From Bradyrhizobium sp. (GTDB lineage: Bacteria > Pseudomonadota > Alphaproteobacteria > Rhizobiales > Xanthobacteraceae), in contig NZ_DAINNI010000020.1 of NCBI RefSeq assembly GCF_036735945.1, positions 4,705-68,704 on the forward strand: DNA of 64,000 nt, read 5' to 3'. A model generated the notes under the pieces. It worked only from the letters and a program-made list of their open reading frames with translations. It ran no database searches and was not told where the DNA came from. Shown here one piece after another: positions 19,596-29,046 of this stretch; within the stretch, counting starts at the first letter, position 1, and every line of letters begins with the position of its first letter. The translations under genes were made by a program, and so were the position numbers.

Positions 19596-21218
19596 TCACG
19601 CCTTCACCAGCGCGCGGTAATCGAGCCTGCGGTGGAACCAGTATTGGTAGCCCGAGACGTTCTTCTGCATCGCGACGTTGACGTAGGGCTGATACAGCGG
19701 GATGCGCGGGATGTCCTTGAAGGCGAGATCGACGAAGCCTTTCACGTCGGTATCGTACTTCGCGGTGTTGCCGACCGCGGCCGCGTCGACCGCGCCGCTG
19801 ATGAAGCCGTCCATCTCCCTGGACTGGTAGCTCATGGTGTTGAAGATCGAGTTCTTGCCGTCGTAGCACCAGATGAAGAAGTACTCGGGATAATCCAGCC
19901 AGCCGGAGAACACGTTGGTGTAGAGCGGCAGCACCTTCTTGTTCAGCTCGGTGCGCCAGTTGGCGCCGGGGATCTTGTTGATCGTGGTCTTGATGCCGAT
20001 CTGCGCGAGGCTCTCCTGCACCAGCACGCATAGCGGCTCGTTGACGCCGGCAAAGCCGAGGTCGAACGACAGCGTGGTCTCGAAGCCGTTGGGATAGCCG
20101 GCCTCCGCGAGCAGCGCCTTGGCCCTGGCGATGTCGGTGACGTATTTGGTCGGCTGCGGCCAGGCCACCTCGGTCGCCTTGTCGGCGGCGGCGCCGAACA
20201 TCGGCTTGGCGAGGCCGAACAGCACCGCATCCATGATCTTCTGGTAGGGAATCGCGCAGGCAACGGCTTCGCGGACCTTGATGTTGTCGAACGGCGCGAT
20301 CTTGACGTTCATGCCGATATACTGGACGCCGTTGGAATACGGCACCGAGACGATATTGAGCTTGCCGCTGTCCTTCAGCTCGACGAAATCCTTGTTCGGC
20401 AGGTCGTAGGAGATGTCGGCGTCGCCGCGCTCCAGCAGCGCGCGGCGGTTGCCGGCCTGCGGCACCATGCGCCAGATCACGCGCTTGACCTTCGGCAGCG
20501 GGCCGCCGGCCCAGGCGTCGTTGCGCTCCATGACGACTTCGGTGCCGGCCGTCCACTTGGTCACCTTGTAGGCGCCGGAGCCCGCGGTCTGCTGCTTGGT
20601 GTATTCAAGACCCCACGGGTCCTTCTCGCTGGCATGCTTCTTCACCAGTTCCGAATTGACGACGCAGGGCACGATGACCGCGAGATCGGGAAGCGTAAGG
20701 CGATCCTTCTTGGCGAAATCGACCCGCACCGTGTGGTCATCGACGATGACGAATTGCTCGGTACTGGTCAGCGAGCCCGCCCCCATCTGGAAGGTCGGGA
20801 AGCCGCCGACGCTGACCGCGCGATCGAGCGACCATTTGACGTCCCTGGCGGTGACAGGCGCGCCGTCGTGGAAGGTCGCATTCTTCTTCAATTTGAAGGT
20901 CACCGACATGTCGCCGACATTCATGTCCTCGGCGAGTTCGGGCTTGAACTTGTCGCGGTCGTAATACGGCACGCCGCCCGGACCGGTCTTCATTTCGTGG
21001 GTGATCAGCCGGTCGTAGCAATTCCACGACACCTCATAGCCCGGTACGTTGGTGCCGACGCCGTGGATGTCGAGATTGTTGGGCCCGCTCTCCGATACGA
21101 TCAGCAGCGTCTCCGACCGCGCATCCGCCTTGGCGGCGGACCAGATCGCCGGTGCCGGCGTCAGCGCGCCGGCGGCCGCCAGCCCCGATACGGATTTGAG
21201 GAAGTCGCGACGCTTCAT
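19596..21218 (-). CDS. Peptide/nickel family 5 ABC substrate-binding protein, Tat-exported
   Basis: MKRRDFLK twin-arginine signal, 'FHDGAPVTA.DVKWS', 'GSGAYK', 'AKALLAEAGYPNGF'. Confidence 0.92.
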   Translation of the reverse strand: MKRRDFLKSVSGLAAAGALTPAPAIWSAAKADARSETLLIVSESGPNNLDIHGVGTNVPGYEVSWNCYDRLITHEMKTGPGGVPYYDRDKFKPELAEDMNVGDMSVTFKLKKNATFHDGAPVTARDVKWSLDRAVSVGGFPTFQMGAGSLTSTEQFVIVDDHTVRVDFAKKDRLTLPDLAVIVPCVVNSELVKKHASEKDPWGLEYTKQQTAGSGAYKVTKWTAGTEVVMERNDAWAGGPLPKVKRVIWRMVPQAGNRRALLERGDADISYDLPNKDFVELKDSGKLNIVSVPYSNGVQYIGMNVKIAPFDNIKVREAVACAIPYQKIMDAVLFGLAKPMFGAAADKATEVAWPQPTKYVTDIARAKALLAEAGYPNGFETTLSFDLGFAGVNEPLCVLVQESLAQIGIKTTINKIPGANWRTELNKKVLPLYTNVFSGWLDYPEYFFIWCYDGKNSIFNTMSYQSREMDGFISGAVDAAAVGNTAKYDTDVKGFVDLAFKDIPRIPLYQPYVNVAMQKNVSGYQYWFHRRLDYRALVKA

Positions 21219-21264
21219 GGTGATGCTCCAGACGCCAGAGGGAAACGGCCTTTGGAGCTGCAAT

Positions 21265-21280
21265 CGCAAGGTTTGTGCCA
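21265..21280 (-). promoter_or_regulatory. Sigma54 (-24/-12) promoter of the ABC-atzGEH-gntR operon
   Basis: Minus strand TGGCAC-AAACC-TTGCG about 47 nt upstream of ATG 21218. Confidence 0.78.
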
Positions 21281-21377
21281 ACCCTTAACGGAAGCTTATT
21301 GGAGCGCTACTCGATTGATCTGGTTTGATATTTTCGGTGACACCGATGCTTGCGAAGGGGTGCGGCAGACTGGCAAA

Positions 21378-21415
21378 TTGCATACAAAGCGGCGTATTTG
21401 CCCATTGATTGAGCA
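21378..21415. promoter_or_regulatory. GntR-like box and NtrC-like site upstream of the sigma54 promoter
   Basis: TTGCATACAA (21378-21387) resembles the TTGTACACAA core at 11185-11194. TGCCCA-TTGAT-TGAGCA (21399-21415) fits TGCNCA-N5-TGNGCA. Confidence 0.45.
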
Positions 21416-21447
21416 GATATTTCCAACGCTCCATTACTGGGCGTCAC

Positions 21448-22404
21448 TCAGATCGGCCAGAGCAGATCCTGCAATTCGCCGAGATTGGCAGCCCTCTGCT
21501 GCCAACCCTCGATACAGATCTGCCGGCCGGGGTCGCCGAAGCGATGCAGCAGCATCAAGGCCATCAGCCGCCGCTTCAGGTCGGGCGTGATGTCAGCGGC
21601 CGAATAGCCGACCCCCTCGAACAGACTACGCACCCGCCGCGGCATGCCTGATGTCAGGAAGGCGCTCGGACCCAGCAAGTCATATTCGCCCCTGCCCGTC
21701 ATCACATCGCCGAAATCGATCAGGCCTGCGAGCCGCCAACCCGCGCCGCCGCGGCTCAGGAGGAAATTCTCCGGGATGTATTCGCCGGTCAGGATCACCG
21801 GCGGCCCATCGAGCGCAATCAACGACGCCGCGGTATCGCGCAGCAGTTCGTCTATTCCATCGAGAAACTTTGCCGGCAATCCAAGGCGCGCATGCCTGGC
21901 GCGGCATCCCGCGATCTGCCCGCGCATGAAGACATCCCAGCCCGGTTCGATGCGCGCCAGCGACCCGGCGGGAACGCGCTGCACCTCGGCGATGGTCTCG
22001 CCGATTTCGGCAAGCACACGCTCCTTGTCGTGCTCCGGCAGGGCGGACCATGCATCCGCGCCCAACACGCCCGGCAGCCGCGTGATCACGAGATAGGGCC
22101 AGCCGTCGCGCTCCCCTTCGACGACGATTTCGGGAATCGGGATGCGAATCTGCCCGCTAAGCTGCGCGAGCGTGCTTCGTTCCGACTCGAACTGGCCGCG
22201 AAGAAACGGCGGGAAGACCTTCAGGATGAGTTTTTCATCGAGGCCAAGGACGAGATTGGTGCCGGCGGCAAAGATATGCGGCGCGGCGCAAGCCAGATCG
22301 TGGCTGCGCGCGATGTCGCGCGCGACCGGCAGCCATCGCGCCGGATCGGCGCGAAAGGGACCGAATGCTTCGTAGTCGGTGAAGGCGGGAAGTGATGGGA
22401 TCAT
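21448..22404 (-). CDS. Aminoglycoside phosphotransferase/choline kinase family protein
   Basis: 'LILKVFPP', 'WPYLVITRLPG', 'GLIDFGD', 'EYDL'. The catalytic-loop motif reads TGEYIPEN. Confidence 0.75.
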   Translation of the reverse strand: MIPSLPAFTDYEAFGPFRADPARWLPVARDIARSHDLACAAPHIFAAGTNLVLGLDEKLILKVFPPFLRGQFESERSTLAQLSGQIRIPIPEIVVEGERDGWPYLVITRLPGVLGADAWSALPEHDKERVLAEIGETIAEVQRVPAGSLARIEPGWDVFMRGQIAGCRARHARLGLPAKFLDGIDELLRDTAASLIALDGPPVILTGEYIPENFLLSRGGAGWRLAGLIDFGDVMTGRGEYDLLGPSAFLTSGMPRRVRSLFEGVGYSAADITPDLKRRLMALMLLHRFGDPGRQICIEGWQQRAANLGELQDLLWPI

Positions 22405-22426
22405 GGAAGCAACGAACTTTATCCGT

Positions 22427-22482
22427 CGTCATTGCGAGCCACCCGGTCGGCGCGCAGCGCCGCCGGATGGCTCGCAACGACG
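22427..22482. repeat. REP-like palindrome
   Basis: CGTCATTGCGAGCCA ... TGGCTCGCAACGACG arms around an internal hairpin. Confidence 0.7.
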
Positions 22483-22490
22483 GATTGAGA

Positions 22491-23813
22491 CTACCGATCC
22501 GGATTGGCCCGCTCGAACTGGCGCAGCAGGCGGTTGCCGCGATCGACGGCCGCATCGAGCGCAGACTGGGCGGATTGCTTGCCGCTGAAGACCTGCTCAA
22601 GCTCCTCTTCGATCACGTTGCGGATCAGCACAAAAGAGCCGAGCCGGATGCCCTTCGAATTCTCGGTCGGCGGCTTCAGGGTCAATTGCTCGATCCCGAT
22701 CGCAGCACCTGGATTGCGATCGTAAAAGCCCTGCGCGCGGGTGAGATCGTAGGCGGCACGGGTGATCGGCAGATAGCCTGTGTTCTGATGCCAGGAGGCC
22801 TGGACTTCGGGCTTGGAGAGATAGGCGAAGAATCGGGCGACGCCGGCATATTCGGCCCGCGGCCGGTCGCGCAGCACCCATAAAGTTGCGCCCCCGATGA
22901 TCGAGTTTTGCGGCGCGCCGGCGATCTCCGGCCGATACGGGATCAGGCCGTAACCGACCTCGAATTTGGAATTGGCCTTGATGTCCGCGCGCGTGCCGGA
23001 CGAGCCGATGAAGATCCCGCATTCGCCCTTCTGAAAGCGCGGCTCGGCCGATTGGCCGCGGCCGCTGTAATCGAAAATTTTCGTCGCCTGCCATTCCGCG
23101 AGTTGCGAGATGTGCCGCACGACAGCCGGATTGTTGAAGGTCAGCTCCGCGTCGAGCCCGCCAAAGCCGTTGGCCTGGGTCGCCAGCGGCAGGTTGTGGA
23201 ACGCGGAGAAATTCTCGACATGGACCCAGGACGGCCAGGACGTGGTGAGGCCGCACGGTGCGCCGGTCGCGCGCAGGCGCCTGGCGGCGGCGCCGACCTC
23301 GTCCCAGGTCCTGGGCGCGACCTCCGGATCAAGGCCCGCGGCACGAAACATATCCTTGTTGTAGTAGAGGATCGGCGTCGAAACGTTGAACGGGAACGAA
23401 AGCATGTTGCCGGCGATGTCGGAATAATAGCCGGTTACGGCCGGCAGATATGCCTCGGGCGAGAACGGCTCGGACTGGTCGCGCATCAGTTCGTACACCG
23501 GATAGATCGCGCCCTTGGCCGCCATCATGGTCGCGGTGGCGATCTCGTTGACCTGAACGATCGCGGGCTGGCTTCGCGAACGGAAGGCGAAGATCGCCGC
23601 CGTCACCGTCTCGGTGTAGTTGCCCTTGTAGGTCGGCACGATCCGGTAGTCGGATTGCGACGCGTTGAAATCGGCCGCCAGCTTCTCGACGTGCTTGCCG
23701 AGCTCGCCCGACATCGCATGCCACCAGTTGATCTCGGTGGCGGCCTGCGCCGGAGACACCAGCGCTGCGACCGCGAGCGCCACGCATTGCAATAGTCTTA
23801 ATGCCGATCTCAC
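22491..23813 (-). CDS. ugpB: sn-glycerol-3-phosphate ABC substrate-binding protein UgpB-like (orphan)
   Basis: 'TEINWWHAMSG', 'YKGNY.ET', 'TATMMAAKGAI', 'SFPFN.STPILYYNKD', 'NSIIGGA.LW', 'WHQ.TGYLPIT', 'NSKG.RLG'. Probable GTG start at 23813 after an AGGGAAG RBS. No permease or ATPase nearby. Confidence 0.85.
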   Translation of the reverse strand: MRSALRLLQCVALAVAALVSPAQAATEINWWHAMSGELGKHVEKLAADFNASQSDYRIVPTYKGNYTETVTAAIFAFRSRSQPAIVQVNEIATATMMAAKGAIYPVYELMRDQSEPFSPEAYLPAVTGYYSDIAGNMLSFPFNVSTPILYYNKDMFRAAGLDPEVAPRTWDEVGAAARRLRATGAPCGLTTSWPSWVHVENFSAFHNLPLATQANGFGGLDAELTFNNPAVVRHISQLAEWQATKIFDYSGRGQSAEPRFQKGECGIFIGSSGTRADIKANSKFEVGYGLIPYRPEIAGAPQNSIIGGATLWVLRDRPRAEYAGVARFFAYLSKPEVQASWHQNTGYLPITRAAYDLTRAQGFYDRNPGAAIGIEQLTLKPPTENSKGIRLGSFVLIRNVIEEELEQVFSGKQSAQSALDAAVDRGNRLLRQFERANPDR

Positions 23814-24060
23814 TGGCGGCTTCCCTGCTTTGCGGCGTTGGCGATGCGCCTGTTCGCCGTGCACTCATAGATCGCAGCGGCGACGGTTTCAATCGGCCCA
23901 CATCACCGCAATGCACAATTGAAGATTGCAGCAAGACAATGGGGAATACCCTTGGCATCCTGTCCGGCAGCCACGTCGACCAATAGCCAAGCATTGGTAA
24001 ATTCTGCTAAAAATGCATTGAACCTTTTCTCTTCGCCGCAGACTCCATCTCTAAGGGGAT

Positions 24061-24306
24061 TTGTTGGAAGTGTGCTCCCGCGCCGACCTTTCGCGGACCG
24101 TGGTGCTTGTTGTTGCGCTGTTGCTTGCGGCTGACACAACGGGTGCCGTCGCGCGCGAGTTCCGGACCGGTGATCCCCGCTCGTTCGCAGCGAAACGAGA
24201 ACAAAGCGGGACTGACATAGCCGGCCCCGACCGTACCAATGTTGCATTGAACAGGACGATCACGCCGCTATTGGTCTGGCGCCATCGCGAGACGGAGCGG
24301 ATTTGA
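24061..24306 (+). pseudogene. Internally deleted remnant of a TRAP transporter DctP-family binding protein gene
   Basis: 81-aa ORF with signal peptide, then 'AREFRTGD' and 'EQ...DRTNVAL'. These match pieces of alphaproteobacterial DctP proteins as recalled (AREFRAAD...EQTR.GAIDLNRTNVAL). Its TGA overlaps the kinase TTG start. Confidence 0.55.
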
Positions 24307-26390
24307 CCGAAGACCCGCAACAACTGGGCACAGCGGAACGGCCGGCGAGCTTCGCTGCACGCGGGCGCTTTCGCGTGGTGCAGTGGCTGCGCGCGATACC
24401 GATCCGATGGCGCATCCTGTCGATCGCCGCGCTGAACTCCGCCGTCGTGATCGTGCTCGCCGTGCTGATCTGGAACGGCGCCAAGGTGCTGGGTTCGGCC
24501 TGGGACGATGTCCGGCAGGTGCGGGAATCCGACAAGATCCTGGCGCACCTCGAAAGCGAGACCTCCAGGCTGCAGAACCTGATCCATCGCTACATCAACC
24601 AGCCGAGCCCGGAACTGTTCGCCGAAATCCTGCTGCTGCGCGAAGCGGTGCTGGGGACGCTGACCAATCGCGCCGCCAACGATCCGATGCTTTCGGGATC
24701 GGTCGAGCGGCTGGAGCAGGTCACCGACCGCTTCCTCAACGGCTTTGGCGAACTGCGCGCGGTGCAGGCCACCATCACCAAGACCTATGAGCAGCAGGTG
24801 CTGGGACCGGCGCGGGAAATGGCCGGGCTTTACTCGATCATCGAAGGCGCCACCGGCCATCGCGACGCCCAGATATGGCCGTCGCTCGGAAGATCCCGCG
24901 AAGCATTCACCGCCATGCTGGTCGCGGCCAACGCCTATTATCTGTCGCCGGCCTCGACCTCGGCCGAGGACGCGCGGCGCAACACCGAGACGATCGAGAA
25001 GACCATTCCCGTCATGGCCGACCTCGCCGACAACGACCTGCAGCGCATGGCGCTGAAGCGGCTGGAGGCGCGGACGGTGGCGCTGCGCGAGGGCATGACG
25101 AAACTGACCGAGCAGCTCGCGGTGCGAACGGCGCTGTTGCGCAACACCATCGATGCCAGCCAGGCCGAGGCGATCGGCGTCATCGACGAGCTATCGGTGA
25201 CGATGCGCCAGCGCGAGCAGAAGGCGCAGGAGACCTTCGATCGGACGCTGTCGGGCATTTCGCGCCGCGTGCTGTCGATCGCCGCGATGTTCCTCGGCAT
25301 CATCCTGTCCGCCGGCGTGCTGATCGCGCTCTCGATCCGTCTGCCGCTGCAACAGATACTCAGGTCGATGCACGCCATCACGTCGGGCAATCTGACCCGC
25401 AAGGTGCAGGGCACCACCGCCAGGGACGAGGTCGGCGCCATGGCGCGCGCAGTGGACGTGTTCCGCGAGAATGCCATCGCCAAGCGCAAGACCGAGGACG
25501 AACTGCGCGCCGCGAAGGAGAAGGCCGAAAGCGCGCTGATCGAGCTCAACACCGCGCAGCAGAACCTGATCGACGCCGAACGGCTGGCGGCGCTCGGCGG
25601 GCTGGTCGCCGGCGTCGCGCACGAAGTGAACAATCCGATCGGCATCAGCCTGACGGTGGCGTCGAGTTTTGCGCGGAAAGCCGACATCTTCGAATCCGAA
25701 CTGCGCACCGAGCCGCTGCGCCGCTCCAAGCTCGACGATTTCGTCAAATCGTCGCGCGACGCGGCCCAGCAGCTGGTCGCGAACCTGCACCGCGCCGGCG
25801 AGTTGATCCAGTCGTTCAAGCAGGTGGCGGTGGACCGCTCGCACGCCGAGCGGCGGCAATTCAATCTCAGCGAGGCCACCGACCAGATCGTCGCCAGCCT
25901 GCGGCCGGTATTGAAGAAGGCGGCGATCACGCTCTCGGTCGACGTGCCGGAGGGGCTGGTCATCGACGGCTATCCCGGCTCCTACGGCCAGATATTAACC
26001 AATCTGTTCCTCAACGCCGCCAACCATGCCTTTGCCGATGCCCGTTCCGGGGCGATCTCGATCTCGGCACGGGCCCGCGGCAGCGACGATGTCGAGATCA
26101 TTTTCGCCGACAACGGGGCCGGAATGACGCCCGATGTGCAGCGGCAGGCGTTCGACCCGTTCTTTACGACGCGGCGCAACGAGGGTGGCACCGGACTGGG
26201 CTTGCATATCGTCTATAATCTTGTCACTCAACAGCTTGGCGGCCGGATGATGCTGGAGTCGAGGCTGGGACAAGGCACCACTTTCCGCATTATCATGCCC
26301 AAAATCGCCAAGGGCGGATCCGCCAAGATGGAAACGACAGCAGCCGACGGAACTTCGCAATGGCCGAACAGGACGATGTCCTCCACCTGA
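24303..26390 (+). CDS. Membrane-bound HAMP-domain sensor histidine kinase
   Basis: Two TM segments flanking a helical periplasmic domain, HAMP 'RDEVGAMARAV', H-box 'LGGLVAGVAHEVNNP', N/G boxes (NLFLNA, DNGAG, FDPFFTT, GTGLGL). Confidence 0.92.
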   Translation: MTEDPQQLGTAERPASFAARGRFRVVQWLRAIPIRWRILSIAALNSAVVIVLAVLIWNGAKVLGSAWDDVRQVRESDKILAHLESETSRLQNLIHRYINQPSPELFAEILLLREAVLGTLTNRAANDPMLSGSVERLEQVTDRFLNGFGELRAVQATITKTYEQQVLGPAREMAGLYSIIEGATGHRDAQIWPSLGRSREAFTAMLVAANAYYLSPASTSAEDARRNTETIEKTIPVMADLADNDLQRMALKRLEARTVALREGMTKLTEQLAVRTALLRNTIDASQAEAIGVIDELSVTMRQREQKAQETFDRTLSGISRRVLSIAAMFLGIILSAGVLIALSIRLPLQQILRSMHAITSGNLTRKVQGTTARDEVGAMARAVDVFRENAIAKRKTEDELRAAKEKAESALIELNTAQQNLIDAERLAALGGLVAGVAHEVNNPIGISLTVASSFARKADIFESELRTEPLRRSKLDDFVKSSRDAAQQLVANLHRAGELIQSFKQVAVDRSHAERRQFNLSEATDQIVASLRPVLKKAAITLSVDVPEGLVIDGYPGSYGQILTNLFLNAANHAFADARSGAISISARARGSDDVEIIFADNGAGMTPDVQRQAFDPFFTTRRNEGGTGLGLHIVYNLVTQQLGGRMMLESRLGQGTTFRIIMPKIAKGGSAKMETTAADGTSQWPNRTMSST

Positions 26391-28105
26391 TCGACGATAC
26401 CGGAGTTGCTCCGGAGGACTCGTCCGCCCGCAAATGGAAGGTCGCCGTCATCGACGACGATGCTGCGGTGCATGAGGGCACCCGCTTCGCGCTGAGCGAC
26501 TACAGCCTGAACGGCGCGACGCTGGAAATCCTGTCGGCCTATTCCGCGGCGGAAGGCCGCAAGCTGATGCGCGACAATCCCGACATCGCGGCCGTGCTGC
26601 TGGATGTCATCATGGAGACCGACGTCGCGGGGCTGGAGCTCGTCGAATACATCCGCAACGAAATCAAGAACGAGACCGTCCGCATCATCCTGCGCACCGG
26701 CCAGCCGGGACAGGCGCCGGAACGCCGCGTCATCGTCCAGTACGACATCAACGACTACAAGGCCAAGACCGAGCTGACCGCCGACAAGCTGTTCACCTCG
26801 CTCACCGCGGCGCTGCGCAGCTACCAGCAGCTCGAACGCATGGTGCAGACGCGGCGCGGGCTCGAGATCATCATCGACGCCGCCTCGACGCTCTACGACT
26901 TCAAATCGATGCAGCGGCTGGCCGAGGGCGTGCTGACGCAGCTCGCCTCGCTGCTCAATGTCGACTGCGCCGGCATCCTGGTGCTGCGCGACGACGGCGC
27001 CTCGGGCACCGACTTCTCGGTGCTGGCGGGCTCCGGCTGCTACAGCCGCTTCATCGGCAGTACCAGCTCCAAGTCGCTCGATCCGGATCTGCGGGCGATG
27101 GTGGAAGCCGCCTTCCTGCGCCGCAAGAACGAATTCGCCGACCACCGCAGCGTGCTTTATCTGCGCACCGGAAGCGGCCGCGAGGTGGTGGTGCTGCTGC
27201 AGGCCGAGCGCCAATTGTCCGACACCGACCGCGCGCTGGTGGAGATTTTCTCCAGCCGCCTGTCGATCGCCTTCGACAACGTCATCCTCTACCGCCAGTT
27301 GCACGAGGCCAACACCCAGCTCGAGGACCGCGTCGCCCAGCGCACCCGCGCGCTGATGCAGGCCAACCGCCGGCTTTCCGCGCAATGGCTCCGCCTGCAG
27401 CGCGCCAACGGCTTCAAGAACGAAATCCTCGGCACGGTCGCGCACGACCTGAAGAATCCGCTCGGCGTGATCCTCGGCCGCACCGAGATGCTGACCGAAC
27501 TGATCGGCGCCGGCTCGCCGAAGGAGAACGTCACCGCGCAGGTCGATCACATCAGGGACGCCACAAAGCGGCTGACCACGATGGTCGACCATCTGATTTC
27601 GGATGCGATGGCTGATGCCTTCGACATCACGATCCGCCGCGAGCCGGTCGATGTCGCAGCCCTCGTTACCGAGGTGACCGATTCCAACCTGCCCTCGGCG
27701 GTCAACAAGCAGCAGACCATCTCGGTGGCGGCGCCGTCGAACATCGTCACCATGTGCGACACCGACCGGATCCGCGAGGCGATCGACAACCTCGTCAGCA
27801 ACGCCATCAAATATTCGCCGATCGGCGGCAGGATCACGGTCACGGTCAGCCACGAGAACGGCGACACGATGATCCGCATCGCCGACCAGGGCGCCGGCCT
27901 GTCGCCGGAAGATCTGGGACGGCTGTTCGGCCGTTTTCAACGTTTATCGGCCAAGCCGACGGCCGGCGAAAGTTCGACCGGCCTTGGCCTGTCGATCGTC
28001 AAACGCATCATCGATATGCATGGCGGCCACGTAACCGCGGAAAGCGCCGGTCCCGGACAGGGATCGACGTTCACCGTTACACTGCCGGCGACAGAGACGA
28101 CATGA
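26360..28105 (+). CDS. Cytoplasmic hybrid protein: receiver + DUF3369-like domain + histidine kinase
   Basis: REC 'VIDDD...LLDVIMET...LRTGQPGQAPE...YDINDYKAKTEL', H-box 'AHDLKNPL', 'NLVSNAIKYS', 'DQGAG', 'STGLGL'. Confidence 0.9.
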   Translation: MAEQDDVLHLIDDTGVAPEDSSARKWKVAVIDDDAAVHEGTRFALSDYSLNGATLEILSAYSAAEGRKLMRDNPDIAAVLLDVIMETDVAGLELVEYIRNEIKNETVRIILRTGQPGQAPERRVIVQYDINDYKAKTELTADKLFTSLTAALRSYQQLERMVQTRRGLEIIIDAASTLYDFKSMQRLAEGVLTQLASLLNVDCAGILVLRDDGASGTDFSVLAGSGCYSRFIGSTSSKSLDPDLRAMVEAAFLRRKNEFADHRSVLYLRTGSGREVVVLLQAERQLSDTDRALVEIFSSRLSIAFDNVILYRQLHEANTQLEDRVAQRTRALMQANRRLSAQWLRLQRANGFKNEILGTVAHDLKNPLGVILGRTEMLTELIGAGSPKENVTAQVDHIRDATKRLTTMVDHLISDAMADAFDITIRREPVDVAALVTEVTDSNLPSAVNKQQTISVAAPSNIVTMCDTDRIREAIDNLVSNAIKYSPIGGRITVTVSHENGDTMIRIADQGAGLSPEDLGRLFGRFQRLSAKPTAGESSTGLGLSIVKRIIDMHGGHVTAESAGPGQGSTFTVTLPATETT

Positions 28106-28842
28106 CCCAGAACCCGCACATCTTCATTGTCGATGACGAGGCGCCGGCCCGCGAGATGGTCGGCGATTACCTCAAGATGCACGGCTTCGGCGTGACCTTG
28201 TGCGACGGCGGCAAAAGCCTGCGCAAGGAGATCGAGACCACCGTGCCCGACCTCGTCGTGCTCGACCTCAACATGCCCGAGGAAGACGGGCTTTCGATCA
28301 TTCGCGATCTCAAGAGCCGCATCAACGTTCCCGTCATCATGCTGACGGCGACCGCAAGCCCGATCGACCGCGTCGTCGGCCTCGAACTCGGCGCCGACGA
28401 CTACGTCGCAAAGCCCTGCGAGTTGCGCGAACTGATGGCGCGCATCCGCTCGGTGCTCCGCCGCAGCACGCCGGCGAAGGCCGCTGCCGCGCCGGAGACG
28501 ACAGCGGCAAAGGCGGAGAAGGAACAGCTGGTGCGGTTCGGCACCAAATGGCTCGATCTCGAAGCGCAGGCGCTGCGCGACGACGAAGGCAACGAGCATC
28601 CGCTGACGGCTTCCGAATTCGGCCTGCTGAAAGTGTTCGCGGCCAATCCGAAGCGCGTGCTGTCGCGCGAGCGGCTATTGGAGCTCGCCAATGCGCGCGA
28701 CGCGGAAGCGTTTGACCGCGCCGTCGATCTCCGCATCATGCGCATCCGCCGCAAGATCGAGATCGATCCGACCAAGCCCGCCGTGATCCGCACCATCAGG
28801 GGCGGCGGCTATTTGTTCTCGCCGACCGGCGAGAAGGGTTAG
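28102..28842 (+). CDS. OmpR-family response regulator
   Basis: Start ATG 28102 (MTQNPHIFIVDDE) overlaps the upstream stop. 'LDLNMP', 'GADDYVAKP', winged-helix 'DRAVDLRIMRIRRKIE...IRTIRGGGY'. Confidence 0.93.
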   Translation: MTQNPHIFIVDDEAPAREMVGDYLKMHGFGVTLCDGGKSLRKEIETTVPDLVVLDLNMPEEDGLSIIRDLKSRINVPVIMLTATASPIDRVVGLELGADDYVAKPCELRELMARIRSVLRRSTPAKAAAAPETTAAKAEKEQLVRFGTKWLDLEAQALRDDEGNEHPLTASEFGLLKVFAANPKRVLSRERLLELANARDAEAFDRAVDLRIMRIRRKIEIDPTKPAVIRTIRGGGYLFSPTGEKG

Positions 28843-28867
28843 CGGAAGGAAGGTAGCGGGCTGCCCA

Positions 28868-28970
28868 ACCCTCATGGTGAGGAGCCGCGAAGCGGCGTCT
28901 CGAACCATGTGGCCACAGACCGGCCTGCATCCTTCGAGACGCCGCTCACGCGGCGCCTCAGGATGAGGGT
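28868..28970. repeat. REP-like paired palindrome
   Basis: ACCCTCATGGTGAGG.GCCGC..AGCGGCGTCTCGAA ... TTCGAGACGCCGCT...GCGGC.CCTCAGGATGAGGGT. Confidence 0.8.
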
Positions 28971-29046
28971 TTTCGGGCGGAACAAATCTGCGCCTGAAAT
29001 CTCCGAATTTTCCGCCCATTGAAATTATTGGCTTTTCGGCCCCGAA

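Noticed and set aside
21448..22404. Bona fide aminoglycoside resistance gene
   Set aside because: Only fold-level similarity, an altered catalytic motif and no mobile context.
27754..28101. N-terminal extension of the response regulator ORF
   Set aside because: Overlaps the kinase gene. The receiver domain starts at ATG 28102 with a normal ATGA overlap.
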